Of a stretch of DNA of 64,000 nt, positions 43,693 through 54,127 are shown piece by piece; the first letter of the stretch is position 1; the number at the start of each line of letters is the position of its first letter. The position numbers and the translations under genes were made by a program. The stretch is from an uncultured Planctomycetota bacterium (GTDB lineage Bacteria; Planctomycetota; Planctomycetia; Isosphaerales; Isosphaeraceae), in NCBI GenBank assembly GCA_963737655.1, contig CAVTTN010000002.1, forward strand, positions 5,120,001-5,184,000. Reading direction: 5' to 3'. The notes under the pieces are model-generated. The model was given only the letters and a program-made list of their open reading frames with translations, made no database searches and had not been told where the DNA came from.

Positions 43693-45228
43693 ATGCTCGC
43701 CAAGCTCTCGTCATATACCCTGGTCGGGATCGAGGCGGCGCCGGTCGAGGTCGAGGTGGACGTCTCGGCGTCCTCCAGCGCCAAGACGGTCCTCGTCGGC
43801 CTGGCCGAGACGGCCGTCCGCGAGAGCACCCACCGGGTCGAGCGGGCCCTGGTCAATTCCGGCTATCGTCGCCCGATCGACCGGATCGTGATCAACCTCG
43901 CCCCGGCCGACCTCAAGAAGGACGCCGGGGGCTTCGACCTGCCGATCGCCCTGGGGATGCTCCTGGGCAACGGCCAGATGGCCCTGGACCGACCCGGGAA
44001 CTTCGCCGTGGTGGGCGAGCTCGGGCTCGACGGCGAGACCCGGCCGATCAAGGGCGCCCTGGCGATGGCCCTGGCCGCCGCCGCCGAGAAACGGACCGGC
44101 CTGCTCGTCCCCTCGGCCAACGCCGCCGAGGCCGCCGTGGTCGAGGGGATCGACATCCTGCCCATCGGCAGCCTGGCCGAGGCCGTCGGCTTCCTCTCCG
44201 GCGGCCTGGACATCGAGCCCACCGCCATCGACCTCGAGGAGGTCTTCCGCGCCCTGAGCCACACCGAAGACGACTTCGTGGACGTCAAGGGCCAGGACTA
44301 CGCCAAGAGGGCCCTGGTGATCGCCGCATCGGGCGGTCATAACGTGCTGATGATCGGACCTCCCGGCACCGGCAAGACGCTCCTGGCCAAGAGGCTCGGG
44401 TCGATCATGCCGCCGCTCTCGCCCTCCGAGAGCCTCGAGACGACGAGGATCTACAGCGCGATGGGCCTCCTCCGCCCCGGCCAGCCGCTGATGGCCGTCC
44501 GCCCGTTCCGCTCGCCCCACCACTCCGTGAGCGACGCCGGGCTCGTCGGCGGCGGGAGCACCCCGCAACCCGGAGAAATCTCCTTATCTCACAAGGGCGT
44601 CCTCTTCCTGGATGAGTTGCCCGAGTTCAACCGCAAGACCTTGGAAGTGCTCCGGCAACCGCTCGAAGAAGGGCGGGTGACGATCAGCCGGGCCCTGCGA
44701 TCGACGACGTTCCCGGCCGATTTCATCCTGGTCGCGGCGATGAATCCCTGCCCGTGCGGCTATCGCTCCGACCCTCGCAAGGCGTGCTCGTGCTCGCCTC
44801 CCCAGGTGGAGCGCTACCTGTCGAGGATCTCCGGGCCGCTGCTGGACCGGATCGACCTCCACGTCGAGGTGCCGGCGGTCCCGTTCACCCAGCTGGCCGA
44901 GGCCCCTCCGGGGCCGACCTCCGCCGACCTCCTCGCCGAGGTCCTCCGGGCCCGGGCGAGGCAGGCCGAGCGGTTCGGCGGCAAGGGCCCGGTCGTCAAC
45001 GGCCGGATGACGCCCAGGCAGGTCCGCAAGTACTGCTCGCTGAAGCCCGAGGCCGCCAGCCTGCTCAAGGGGGCGATGGAGGAGCTCGGCCTCTCGGCCC
45101 GCGCCCACGACAAGGTCTTGCGGGTCGCCCGGACGATGGCCGACCTCGAAACCTCCGACGACATCCAGCCCCACCACGTCGCCGAGGCCGTCGGCTACCG
45201 CTCGCTCGACCGGGGCGTGTGGGCCTGA
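43693..45228 (+). CDS. comM: YifB/ComM Mg-chelatase-like AAA+ ATPase
   Basis: INLAPADLKK, FDLPIALG, GPPGTGKT, PFRSPHHS, LFLDELPEF, AAMNPCPCG, ISGPLLDRID. Confidence 0.95.
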   Translation: MLAKLSSYTLVGIEAAPVEVEVDVSASSSAKTVLVGLAETAVRESTHRVERALVNSGYRRPIDRIVINLAPADLKKDAGGFDLPIALGMLLGNGQMALDRPGNFAVVGELGLDGETRPIKGALAMALAAAAEKRTGLLVPSANAAEAAVVEGIDILPIGSLAEAVGFLSGGLDIEPTAIDLEEVFRALSHTEDDFVDVKGQDYAKRALVIAASGGHNVLMIGPPGTGKTLLAKRLGSIMPPLSPSESLETTRIYSAMGLLRPGQPLMAVRPFRSPHHSVSDAGLVGGGSTPQPGEISLSHKGVLFLDELPEFNRKTLEVLRQPLEEGRVTISRALRSTTFPADFILVAAMNPCPCGYRSDPRKACSCSPPQVERYLSRISGPLLDRIDLHVEVPAVPFTQLAEAPPGPTSADLLAEVLRARARQAERFGGKGPVVNGRMTPRQVRKYCSLKPEAASLLKGAMEELGLSARAHDKVLRVARTMADLETSDDIQPHHVAEAVGYRSLDRGVWA

Positions 45229-45914
45229 GCCCCTGGGCCGCGGGCGGACTGTCGACGGTGTCCCAAAGCGCCCAAGAGGCCGACGGCCAGCAGGACGACG
45301 GCCGCCGGCTCGGGCACCACCCGGTACTTGAGGTCGTCCACGGCGAACTTCCAGCGGTTGGCGTCGGCCGGGGCCGTGCTGGTGATCGTCAGGCTGACGA
45401 TCCCCTTGAGCGACTTCAGGTCCTCCGTGGCGGAGGAGGCCTCCGGGAGGTTGGCGAACGTGATCGGCTTGAGCGCCTCGCCGTCGGCCGTCGTGCCCGT
45501 GATGGCGAAGCGGGTGTCGCCGAACCGCCCCCCCTGCAGGGTGCCGTTGAGGATCAGGATCGAGATCGGATCGACGGGGCTGGAGAACTCGATGGTGATC
45601 GGGCGGGCGAGGCCGTCCACGCCGTTGGTGCTGGCGTAGATGGTGGTCGCGTCGAAGTTTTCGGTGGTTGGGTCGCTGAAGGGCTTGGCCGCGTTGGTCA
45701 GCAGCTCGCCGTTGGTGAGCGTCGCGGTGATCCCGCCGGTCTGCTTGTCGATCTTGACCGTCGAGTCCTTGATCGCGTGGAAGTTCGCCGGGAAGTCCGC
45801 CTTGGTCTGCGGCTTCTCGAAGTCCACGATCCGATCGGCCGGGGCCGGCGCGGCCGCCGTCCCCAGGATCAGGGCCGCCACGGCGCCCAGGAAACCCAGC
45901 CTCTTGCCGTTCAT
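45195..45914 (-). CDS. PEP-CTERM sorting domain protein
   Basis: Signal peptide; C-terminal VPEPAAVVLLAVGLLGALGHRR. Confidence 0.85.
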   Translation of the reverse strand: MNGKRLGFLGAVAALILGTAAAPAPADRIVDFEKPQTKADFPANFHAIKDSTVKIDKQTGGITATLTNGELLTNAAKPFSDPTTENFDATTIYASTNGVDGLARPITIEFSSPVDPISILILNGTLQGGRFGDTRFAITGTTADGEALKPITFANLPEASSATEDLKSLKGIVSLTITSTAPADANRWKFAVDDLKYRVVPEPAAVVLLAVGLLGALGHRRQSARGPGAQAHTPRSSER

Positions 45915-46164
45915 GACTCGCCTCCCCGTTTCGGTCCGGGCAAGGGCCCGGACCGTGGCATGGGCAGGAGTCTAACGTCCCGGAGGCGGGGTTGGCGATC
46001 GAAATCCACAAAAAGAGGATTTCGCGACAGAGGTGAACGCCCATGGCCAGGGCGGGGGAGCGGGGGCCGACGGGATTGCAATCGCCCCGGCCCGAAGGCT
46101 ACCCTGGGGCCGATCGGATGCGAGAGACCGAAACGGATTCCGGCCCCTCATGAGGAACCCCGCC

Positions 46165-47197
46165 ATGCCCACGGACGGCCCCGCGCAGCTTCACGCCACA
46201 AGCCCCGCCCCGACCGTCTCCGAGGGCCGCCCGGCCGTCTCGGCAACATCCACGGGACGTCGAGGCCCGACGCTCAAGAGGCGGATCAAGGACCTGAGCA
46301 AGCGAGGGCTGCGCACCCTGTTCGAGGTCGGGCAGAGGCTCGGCGTGGACGTCTTGCCTCGCCACTTCTATTCCGAGATTCCCAGCATCCGCGAGCTTCG
46401 TCGCCAGGCCGACTGGAAGGGGCCGCGGAGCCTGGTCGGGGTCCGCGGGGCCGAGTCCGACGTCCAGTTCGAGTTCCTCGAATCGTGCTGCCGGCCCGGG
46501 TTCTACGACCGGCCGAGGCGAGACGTCTGGGGCCCGGCGTGCGCCCGCAACGGCGAGCCGGGGTTCGGCGCGGTGGACGCGGAATTCCTGCTCGCGTTCG
46601 TGAAGGCCGTCCGGCCGCCGAGGATCGTCCAGGTCGGGTGCGGCGTCTCGACGGCCGTGATGCTGATGGCCGCCGAGGAGGTCCCCGGCTATCGGCCCGA
46701 GATCGTCTGCGTCGAGCCGTTCCCGACCGAATTCCTCAAAACGGCCGACCGCTCGGGAGAGATCCGCCTGGTGGCCGAGAGGGCGCAGTCGGTGGCCCTG
46801 GAGACCCTCACGGACCTCGGCCCCGGCGGGTTCCTGTTCGTCGATTCCACCCATGCGGTCCGGCCAGGGAGCGAGGTCAACCGGCTGATCCTGGAGGCCC
46901 TGCCCCGCCTCTCGCCCGGCTCGTGGGTCCATTTCCACGACATCTATTTCCCTTACGACTATCAGAGGGGCCTGCTCGACGACGAGCTGTTCTTCAGCAA
47001 CGAGACCCCCCTGCTCCACGCCTTCCTCGTCAACAACCATTCGTATGTGATCCGCGCCTCGATGAGCATGCTCCACCACGCCGACCCGATCCGCCTCCGC
47101 CGTTCCCTGCCCGAGTATCGACCGGCGAGGAGCGACCCACGGCCTGAGGACGTCCGAAGGCGACTTCCCCGGGTCGATCTACCTGGAAGTGGTGTGA
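46165..47197 (+). CDS. class I SAM-dependent methyltransferase, Methyltransf_24-like (frameshift near 47137)
   Basis: HFYSEIP, RIVQVGCGVST, FVDSTH, HFHDIYFPYDY; corrected end ...GDFPGSIYLEVV*. Confidence 0.8.
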
Positions 47198-47395
47198 GGA
47201 CGTCCGAATTCCGCAGGGTCCGCGATGGCCGACCATCCCTCGATTTGTGGCCGGATGGTCCGCAAGAGCGGACCCATGCGAACCGGCGCGACCGGCGGAA
47301 TCGCACAAGTCGGCACGACCGCCCGGCCGATAGGCGGGGTATGCCCGGGGCCTCGCGAGGCCGATCGGGCGACCCGGTCCGTCGGGAGAGTCGCG

Positions 47396-47896
47396 ATGAG
47401 GCACGTCCGAGCCCTTCGATTGGAAGCCCTCGAAGGAAGAGTGTTGCTCTCGACCGCCCACCCGAAGGCGGCCCATCCGGTCAAGACGCCCCTGACGCTC
47501 GTGGGCACCCTGAACGTGGACGACAAGGCCTCGCAGGCGATCGCCAACCCCGACGGCTCGACGACGACCACCGTGCCGGTCGCCGGCACGCTCGGCGCCC
47601 TGGGGAAAGTCCAGGGCGTCTGGAACGAGAACATGGACTCCTACGGAGACGCCACCGGGCCGGACGTCCTCCGGCTCCACAACGCCAGCGGGACGCTCGT
47701 CCTGTCGTTCCCCAACGTCAACCCCGGCAAGGCCCGCCCCTTCGGCCCGGGGACGGTGGCGTTTCAGCACAAGCAGAAGCTCGCCGCGGGCACCGGCGCC
47801 TATGCGAACGCCTCGGAGAGCGGGACGATCAAGGTCGTGTCCAACTCGGCGAAGACCGTCGTCAAGAGTTTGGTGCTGAGCAGCACCGGCGGTTGA
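47396..47896 (+). CDS. small secreted protein with LExR leader
   Basis: MRHVRALRLEALEGRVLLS followed by a beta-rich domain (GTGAYANA..SGT). Confidence 0.7.
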   Translation: MRHVRALRLEALEGRVLLSTAHPKAAHPVKTPLTLVGTLNVDDKASQAIANPDGSTTTTVPVAGTLGALGKVQGVWNENMDSYGDATGPDVLRLHNASGTLVLSFPNVNPGKARPFGPGTVAFQHKQKLAAGTGAYANASESGTIKVVSNSAKTVVKSLVLSSTGG

Positions 47897-47921
47897 TCGA
47901 TCGGGAGGCCGGCGGGGTCCG

Positions 47922-48839
47922 TCATTCCCGGCGACGCCGCCGGGCGGCCAGGGTGGCCAGACCCAGGGCGGTCAGGGCCAGCGTCGAGGGTTCCGGCACG
48001 GCGTTCGGGACGAACACGAGGTACGCCGGACCGGATTGGCCCGTCGGACCGACGTTGCCCAGGTCGGTCCCCGTCGAGGAGAACGCCCGGACCTTGCCGA
48101 AGCCGAAGTCGGCCACGAGCAGGTTCCCCTGATCGTCGAAGGTCATCCCCTCGGGCGCCCCGAAGCCCAAGGCGAAGACCCCGAGGTTCATTCCCGAGGA
48201 GGAATACTCTCGCACGCGGCCGGTGCCGAACTCGGAGACGTAGAGGTTGTCCGAGGAGTCGAAGGCGAGGCCGATGGGCGAGCTCAGGCCCGAGGCGAAC
48301 GTCCCCAGCGAGGTGCCCGTCGAGGAGAACTCGACGACCGTGCCGTTGCCGAAGTTGTCGATCCGGCTGACGTAGAGGTTTCCGGAGGAATCGAATGCCA
48401 GACCCTGGGCGCTGGCGGCCCCGACGCTCGCGAACGTGCCCAGATCCGTGCCCGTCGAGGAATACTCGTGGATGGTCCCGTTGCCGCGATTGGCGACGTA
48501 AAGGTTGCCGTCCGGGCCGATGACCAGGGCCGAGGGGTTGCTCAGGCCGGTCGAGGCGAACGTCCCGAGGTCGGCGCCCGTGGCCGAGAACTCGTGGATC
48601 TCGGACGACGAGGTCACGAAAAAGTTGCCGGACGAATCTCGGGCCAGGCCCACGGGACTGCTCAGCCCCGAGGCAAACGTGGTCAAGTTCCCCGCCGAGT
48701 CGATCTTCGCGATCGTCCCGTTGCCGTTCTCGGATACGTAGAGGTCGGCCCGGGCCGTTCCGACGGCTCCGATCAGCAAGCCCACGCCCAGGACGGCCAC
48801 TCGAAGGCCGCCAAATCGATGGATCGTTCTCGAACGCAT
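47922..48839 (-). CDS. NHL-repeat beta-propeller PEP-CTERM protein
   Basis: Repeated P.GLAFDSSGNLYVS / GTFASG; C-terminal VPEPSTLALTALGLATLAARRRRRE. Confidence 0.9.
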   Translation of the reverse strand: MRSRTIHRFGGLRVAVLGVGLLIGAVGTARADLYVSENGNGTIAKIDSAGNLTTFASGLSSPVGLARDSSGNFFVTSSSEIHEFSATGADLGTFASTGLSNPSALVIGPDGNLYVANRGNGTIHEYSSTGTDLGTFASVGAASAQGLAFDSSGNLYVSRIDNFGNGTVVEFSSTGTSLGTFASGLSSPIGLAFDSSDNLYVSEFGTGRVREYSSSGMNLGVFALGFGAPEGMTFDDQGNLLVADFGFGKVRAFSSTGTDLGNVGPTGQSGPAYLVFVPNAVPEPSTLALTALGLATLAARRRRRE

Positions 48840-49101
48840 GGTCACTGCCTCCCGGGAGACGAACGGTCCCAGAGCCATCGACTCGGCGACGTCGCCATCC
48901 ACGGCGGAGGCTTGACGGATCGATGACCCGTCAGAGGGTAAGGCATCCTTGCGCGGACCTGACCCGCATTTCTTGGAAGCCGGCATGACCGAATCCGATC
49001 GCCGCCTGGCGAGCACGGATCTCGGTGCCGAAAACGACGACGGGGGCGCCGGCCTCGATGGCCCGCGCCCCCGTCGTGGAAGTCGAGGTGGAGGTCTCGA
49101 T

Positions 49102-51391
49102 TCACTTCGCCTTGGGCCGGTCGATCCGGTAGACCTTGCCGTCGAGCCTCGACGGTCACGGGTTCCTCGAAGGTCAGGTACTGGTTCATCTCGGCCGATT
49201 GCCCCTTGGCCAGGGTGAAATAGGCGTCGCTAAACTGCTCGACGACCGTGGCCTTGGCGTCGTCCTCGGGCTTGATCGAGGAATCGACCCAGCGGTGGTC
49301 CTTCAGGTAGAACGTCTTGCGGCCGAGCTGGCGGACGTTCGCCTGGGCCGGCTCGGCAGCCGGGGCCGCGAGCGCGGGACCGGCCGGGGCCATCGCGGCG
49401 CCGGGCTTGCCCGCCTTCGCCATCGAACGACCTGCCAACGTCGATCCTCCGGCCCCGAACTTCGCATAGCCTTCGGCCGACGACGCCGGCGCGGCCGGCG
49501 CGGCGGGGAGGCCGGCGACCTTGTCGGCGTTCTGGTAGGCCCCCTTGAAGGCCCGTTGCTGGACGCCTCCGGCCCCGCTGACCTCCCCGAGCATGTGGAA
49601 GTTCTGCTGGGCCTGCTGGCCGTTCTCCCGGAAGGCGTGGAGCTGGACCCGTTCATCGGCGAGGAACGACGTGTACGGCGTCAAGATACCATACTTCGTC
49701 CCCAGGGCCACGAGCTCGTCGGTCAGCTCCTTGTTCTGGCCGTGGAGGTCGATCTGGTCGATGATGAACCCGACCCGGCGGACCGCCCAGAGCCTCTCCA
49801 CGAAGTCATACGCGCGGTTCGAGCCCGAGCCGGCGAGCTCGGTCGGGAACTCCAGCGTCTGCCTCTCGGTGCCGACTTTTCCCGAGATCTTCACCGTGGT
49901 CTTGCCCGCCGTCCGGTAGCGGCCGACCCACACGAGCTGGCCGCCTTCGAACAGGTCGGGCAAATCGCGAGGGTAGGTGCGGTTGAGGTCCGTGCCGGCC
50001 ATCTCGATCGCCAGGGCGGTCAGCACCGGGCTGCTCATCCTGGCGTAGAACCGGCCGACGTGCGCCTCGATGTCCTCGTCGGGGCGGACGTACTCGCTGG
50101 TCCCGGCGTTGCCCCCGCTCAGGCGGTCCAGGAGCCGGGCATTGACGTCGAACCCGACGCCGAAGGCGAACAGCCGCGCGTGGACGCCGTTGGCCTTCTT
50201 CGCGTCCTCGGCGATGGCGGTCTCGCGGGTCTCCCCGGCGGTGGGCAGGCCGTCGGTCAGGAACAGGACGTAATTGGGCCGCGAGTCGTCCTTCAGTTGC
50301 CCGAGGGCCGAGGTCAGGGCGGCGTCGATGTTCGTGCTCCCGCCCGGCTGGATGTTCTCGACGAACCGGACCGCCTCGGCGCGGACGTCCTTGCTGTAGC
50401 GCTGGAGCTCGGGCTTGAACGTCTCCACGCGATCGTCATAGACGACGATGTTGAACATGTCGTCGTCGCGGAGGTTATCCAGGACGAACTTCAGGGCGTT
50501 GCGGGCCTGCTCGATCTTCTTGCCGGACATCGATCCCGAGCGGTCCAGGACGAACACGACGGTCTTGGCCTGGGGCTTCACGTCCGGCCTCTTGACCTCG
50601 GGGCTGGCCAGGAGGAGGAAATAGCCGTCCTCCCCCTCGCTCGGCCGATAGCTCAGGACCGAGGCGCCGAAGGCCCCCTCGGTCAGCGTGTAAACCAGCC
50701 GGAAGTCGGTCGAGGGGATCACGTTGCGTTGCTCGATCTTGACCGTCGCCGAATGGTCGCCCGAGCGGCGGACCTCGGCGTCATAGACCGGGCTGTACAG
50801 CGACTTGATCGGGTCCTTGCTGTCGATCGAGGCCGAAAGGCTGAGCCGGGCGATCGGCTTGGCGGTGAACTTCTGGGTCGAGAACGGATAGGAGAACTCG
50901 ACGACGTCGCGGTCCCGGCGGCAGACCTGGGTGTACCTCATCGTCACCTTGCGCTCGGCCCCGGGAGGGATCGGGAAGACGCTGGTGCGATAGACGCCTC
51001 GTCCCATGTATTCCAGCAAGGCCGGGTCGCGCTTGGTGCGGACGATCTCCTCATAGATCCTTCGCGCCTCGTCCTTCGGTAGGAGCCGCCCCGGCAGCTC
51101 CCGGCCATCGACCATCAGGACGAAGTTGCCGACGGCGCCGTCTTCGGGCATGGGGAAGAGGTACTCGGCCTCGATCTCGAACGACCCGGGGTTGTGGAAG
51201 GTCTGGGAGACCTGGACCTCGGCCACCTGGTCGCGAATCCGGGCCTCGACGGCGACCTCGCGGACCTCATAAGTCCGGTTCAGCGGGACATGGTGCCGCG
51301 AATCGACGATCAGCCCCTGGGCGCGAGCCCACGAGGCCGGGGCCGCCAGCGAGGCGACCACCGCGAGGAGCAAAGAGCTTCGACGGAGCAT
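49102..51391 (-). CDS. VIT + vWA domain secreted protein (frameshift near 49147)
   Basis: Signal peptide; VIT (QTFHNP..EAEYLFP; DPALLEY); MIDAS DRSGSM, LFLTDG, FGVGFDVN; corrected end ELDGKVYRIDRPKAK*. Confidence 0.9.
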
Positions 51392-51605
51392 GGCGAGATC
51401 CTCCCTGGGCCTCGGGACGCGGGGCGGCTCGGCCCCGACCCTCTTGGACGACCCCCGAGGGCGCACGGTTCCCTCGGGATCGCCCGGGCCTCACCCACGA
51501 TCACGATCGAGACGGCCGAGCGTCCTCGAAATTCGCCGGGACGCCCCGGATTCTGGTAAGATCGAAGCCATCCGGACCAAGCCGGAGGACCGAGGAGGAC
51601 CGATC

Positions 51606-51824
51606 ATGTCCACCGAGACCCGCCCGAACCGCCTCGCCCAGGACTTCGCCCTCGAAAACGAGCTGATCCCCCGCGATTGGGCGGGGAAATGGGTCGCCTG
51701 GTCGGCCGACGGGCTGAGGATCGTGGGAGTGGGAGAGACGCTGGAAGAAGCCGAGCGGAAGGGGATCGAATCCGGCGAGCCGGGGCCGATCCTGGAACGT
51801 GCCCCGGGATTGGATCGCCGATGA
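51606..51824 (+). CDS. DUF5678-like small protein
   Basis: AGKWVAWSADGLRIVGVGETLEEA; GAGGA RBS; ATGA overlap with the next gene. Confidence 0.7.
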   Translation: MSTETRPNRLAQDFALENELIPRDWAGKWVAWSADGLRIVGVGETLEEAERKGIESGEPGPILERAPGLDRR

Positions 51825-52294
51825 TCTTCCCCTTCCGCCCCTTTCCGGTCCATCCGTCGCCGGCGTATCCTTCGCCGATCATCCAAAGGCCCGTCATCCC
51901 GATCTGGGCCCGCGCCCCGGGACGCTCCCGGGTGCCGTTCTTCGGGCTGCTCGACACGGGCTCCGACGACACCAAGTTCCCCATCGCCGCCGCGGATCGG
52001 CTCGGAGTCGAGCTGGATCGATCGCGGCCGATCGTCTTCCGCGGGGTCGGGGGCGTGGCCCGAGGGTACTATGGCGAGGTCATTCTGGAGCTCCGCCAGT
52101 CGCCCCGATCGTGGGTGTGGTCGGCCCAGGTCGCCTTCCTGGCCGATCCGGAAGGCTCGGACGACGAGGGGATCATCGTCACCCTCGGCCACGCCGGCTT
52201 CTTCCGCTACTTCCACGCGGCTTTCGACTACCAAAGAGGCCGGGCCCGCCTCCGACCCAACGGCCTGTTCGTCGGCCTCGATCCCTCTGAATAA
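51821..52294 (+). CDS. retropepsin-like (clan AA) aspartic protease
   Basis: RP.IPI, LLDTGSD, flap GVGG, LGHAGFF.YF...FDY. Confidence 0.75.
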   Translation: MIFPFRPFPVHPSPAYPSPIIQRPVIPIWARAPGRSRVPFFGLLDTGSDDTKFPIAAADRLGVELDRSRPIVFRGVGGVARGYYGEVILELRQSPRSWVWSAQVAFLADPEGSDDEGIIVTLGHAGFFRYFHAAFDYQRGRARLRPNGLFVGLDPSE

Positions 52295-52380
52295 ATTCGG
52301 AGTGCCGACGAATGACCAGGGGCGGGTGGCTGTCGCCGGCCCGAGAGGGTCGGCATCGCGTCGTCAGAGGGGGCGTGGTC

Positions 52381-52815
52381 ATGGCCGGAAAGAGGTTCCG
52401 CGTTCGGATCTGGATGTTCCTGCTGGTCGTGGCGGTCCCGGCCCTGTTGATCGAAGGATCGGGGATGGGCCGGCGTTGGCGGGGGTATCGGCGAGAAGTC
52501 GAGGAATCCGCCGTGACGGTCCAGTCCAGCGCGAACCTCGCCCGCGAGTTCACCGAAAAGGCGGCCGAGTTCCGCCTCTGGGCCGCGAAGGAGGACGATC
52601 CGGCCCGAGCGAAGGGTTGGATCGACCGGGCCGAGGAGGCCGAGGACCAGGCCGAGGAGTGGGCCGGACTGTCCCGGTACTTCGAGCGTCGCAAGGCGCA
52701 TTTCGAGGACGCCGCCCGTCGTCCGTGGTCGGCCGCCGGCCCCACACCCATCTTCATGGCCAGTCCCTCCCCCCGGGCGGTCGCGAGGAAGAAGGCGCAG
52801 GCGTCGGGCCGATAG
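52381..52815 (+). CDS. hypothetical membrane-anchored helical protein
   Basis: MAGKRFRVRIWMFLLVVAVPALL then a charged helix ending AARRPW. Confidence 0.6.
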   Translation: MAGKRFRVRIWMFLLVVAVPALLIEGSGMGRRWRGYRREVEESAVTVQSSANLAREFTEKAAEFRLWAAKEDDPARAKGWIDRAEEAEDQAEEWAGLSRYFERRKAHFEDAARRPWSAAGPTPIFMASPSPRAVARKKAQASGR

Positions 52816-52918
52816 GACGGCCGCCCTCCTCCTTGCGGACCGAGCCGGTCCGCTCTAAAGTGGGGTTCCCCCGATCGCTACCGCCAAGGGAACCGCGACG
52901 ACCGAGGACCCCCGGGAG

Positions 52919-53994
52919 ATGCCCCCTGCCCCGCGATCGCTCCTGACCGGCGCCTCGGGCCTGCTCGGCAGCCACCTCGCCGATCGCCTGGTCGGCCGGG
53001 GCGAGACGGTCCGGGCCCTGGTGCGTCCCGGCTCCGACACCCGGTTCCTCGACTCGCTGGGCGTCGAGCTCGTCGTCGGCGACCTGGCCGACCCGGCCTC
53101 GTGCGACGAGGCCACCCGAGGGGTGTCGGTCGTCTACCACGCCGCCGCGAAGGTGGGCGACTGGGGGCGATGGGCCGAATTCCAGGTCGGATGCCTCGAC
53201 GCCACGAGCCATCTCGCCCGCGCCTCGATCGCCAACGGCGTGGGCCGGTTCGTCCACATCTCCTCGACGAGCGCCTACGGCCATCCTCGCGAGGGCGGGC
53301 CCCCGGTCGAGGAATCCGCCCCCCTGGGCCAGAACCTCTGGTGGGCCTGGGACTACTACACCCGGAGCAAGGTCGAGTGTGAGCGAATCCTCTGGCGGAT
53401 GGCCGACCGCGACGGCCTGAAGCTCACCGTGATCCGCCCGAGCTGGCTCTACGGCGAGCGCGACCGCACCACCGCCCGCCGCCTGATCGAGCGAATCCGC
53501 CGCGGGGGCGTGCCGTTGATCGGTCCCGGGCACAACCCGCTGAGCGCCGTCTACGCCGGGGAGGTCGCCGACGCCGCGATCCTCGCCGCCGATGACCCGC
53601 TCTCCGAGGGCGAGGCGTACAACATCACCGACCAGGGGCCGATCACGCAAAAAGAGTTCCTCGCGCTCTGGGCCGAGGCGTGCGGAGGCCCGCCGATCCG
53701 CCAGAGGAGGCGGTATCGGATGGTCTTCGCCGGCGCCTTCGTCCTGGAGGCGATCGGCCGGGCGACCCGCCGCGAGCGCCCCCTCTGATCACCCGCTACG
53801 CGACGTGGTTAATGGGCCGGGACCTCGCGTATTCGACCGCCAAGGCCCGGCGGAAGCTCGGATGGTCGCCGTCGATGACCTATCGAGACAGCATCGAGCG
53901 GACCGTTCGCTGGTACCTCGACCGCGAGGGTTCGGCCCCCGTCCCGGCCGGAAAATCCGTCCCGGTCGGCCCCGGGGCGTCGAATTCGGGATGA
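52919..53994 (+). CDS. NAD-dependent epimerase/dehydratase (frameshift near 53782)
   Basis: LLTGASGLLG, HAAAKV, YTRSK, IRPSWLYG; C-terminus continues PLITRY...KARRKLGW.P. Confidence 0.88.
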
Positions 53995-54127
53995 CCCGGG
54001 CTTGCGACCCGGCAAGCTCTCCCTCAGGATAGGATTGTGCCGATCGGGCGGACAATGTCGCGCCGACGGCCCGACCCAATCCTCTCCCCGCCCGCCTGCC
54101 CCGCCCCACCACTTCGAGAGGCCCCTG

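Noticed and set aside
48925..48975. SRP RNA-like GGTCAGGTCC on the minus strand
   Set aside because: Lacks the GNRA loop and GGAAGCAG of SRP helix 8 and has no long flanking stem.
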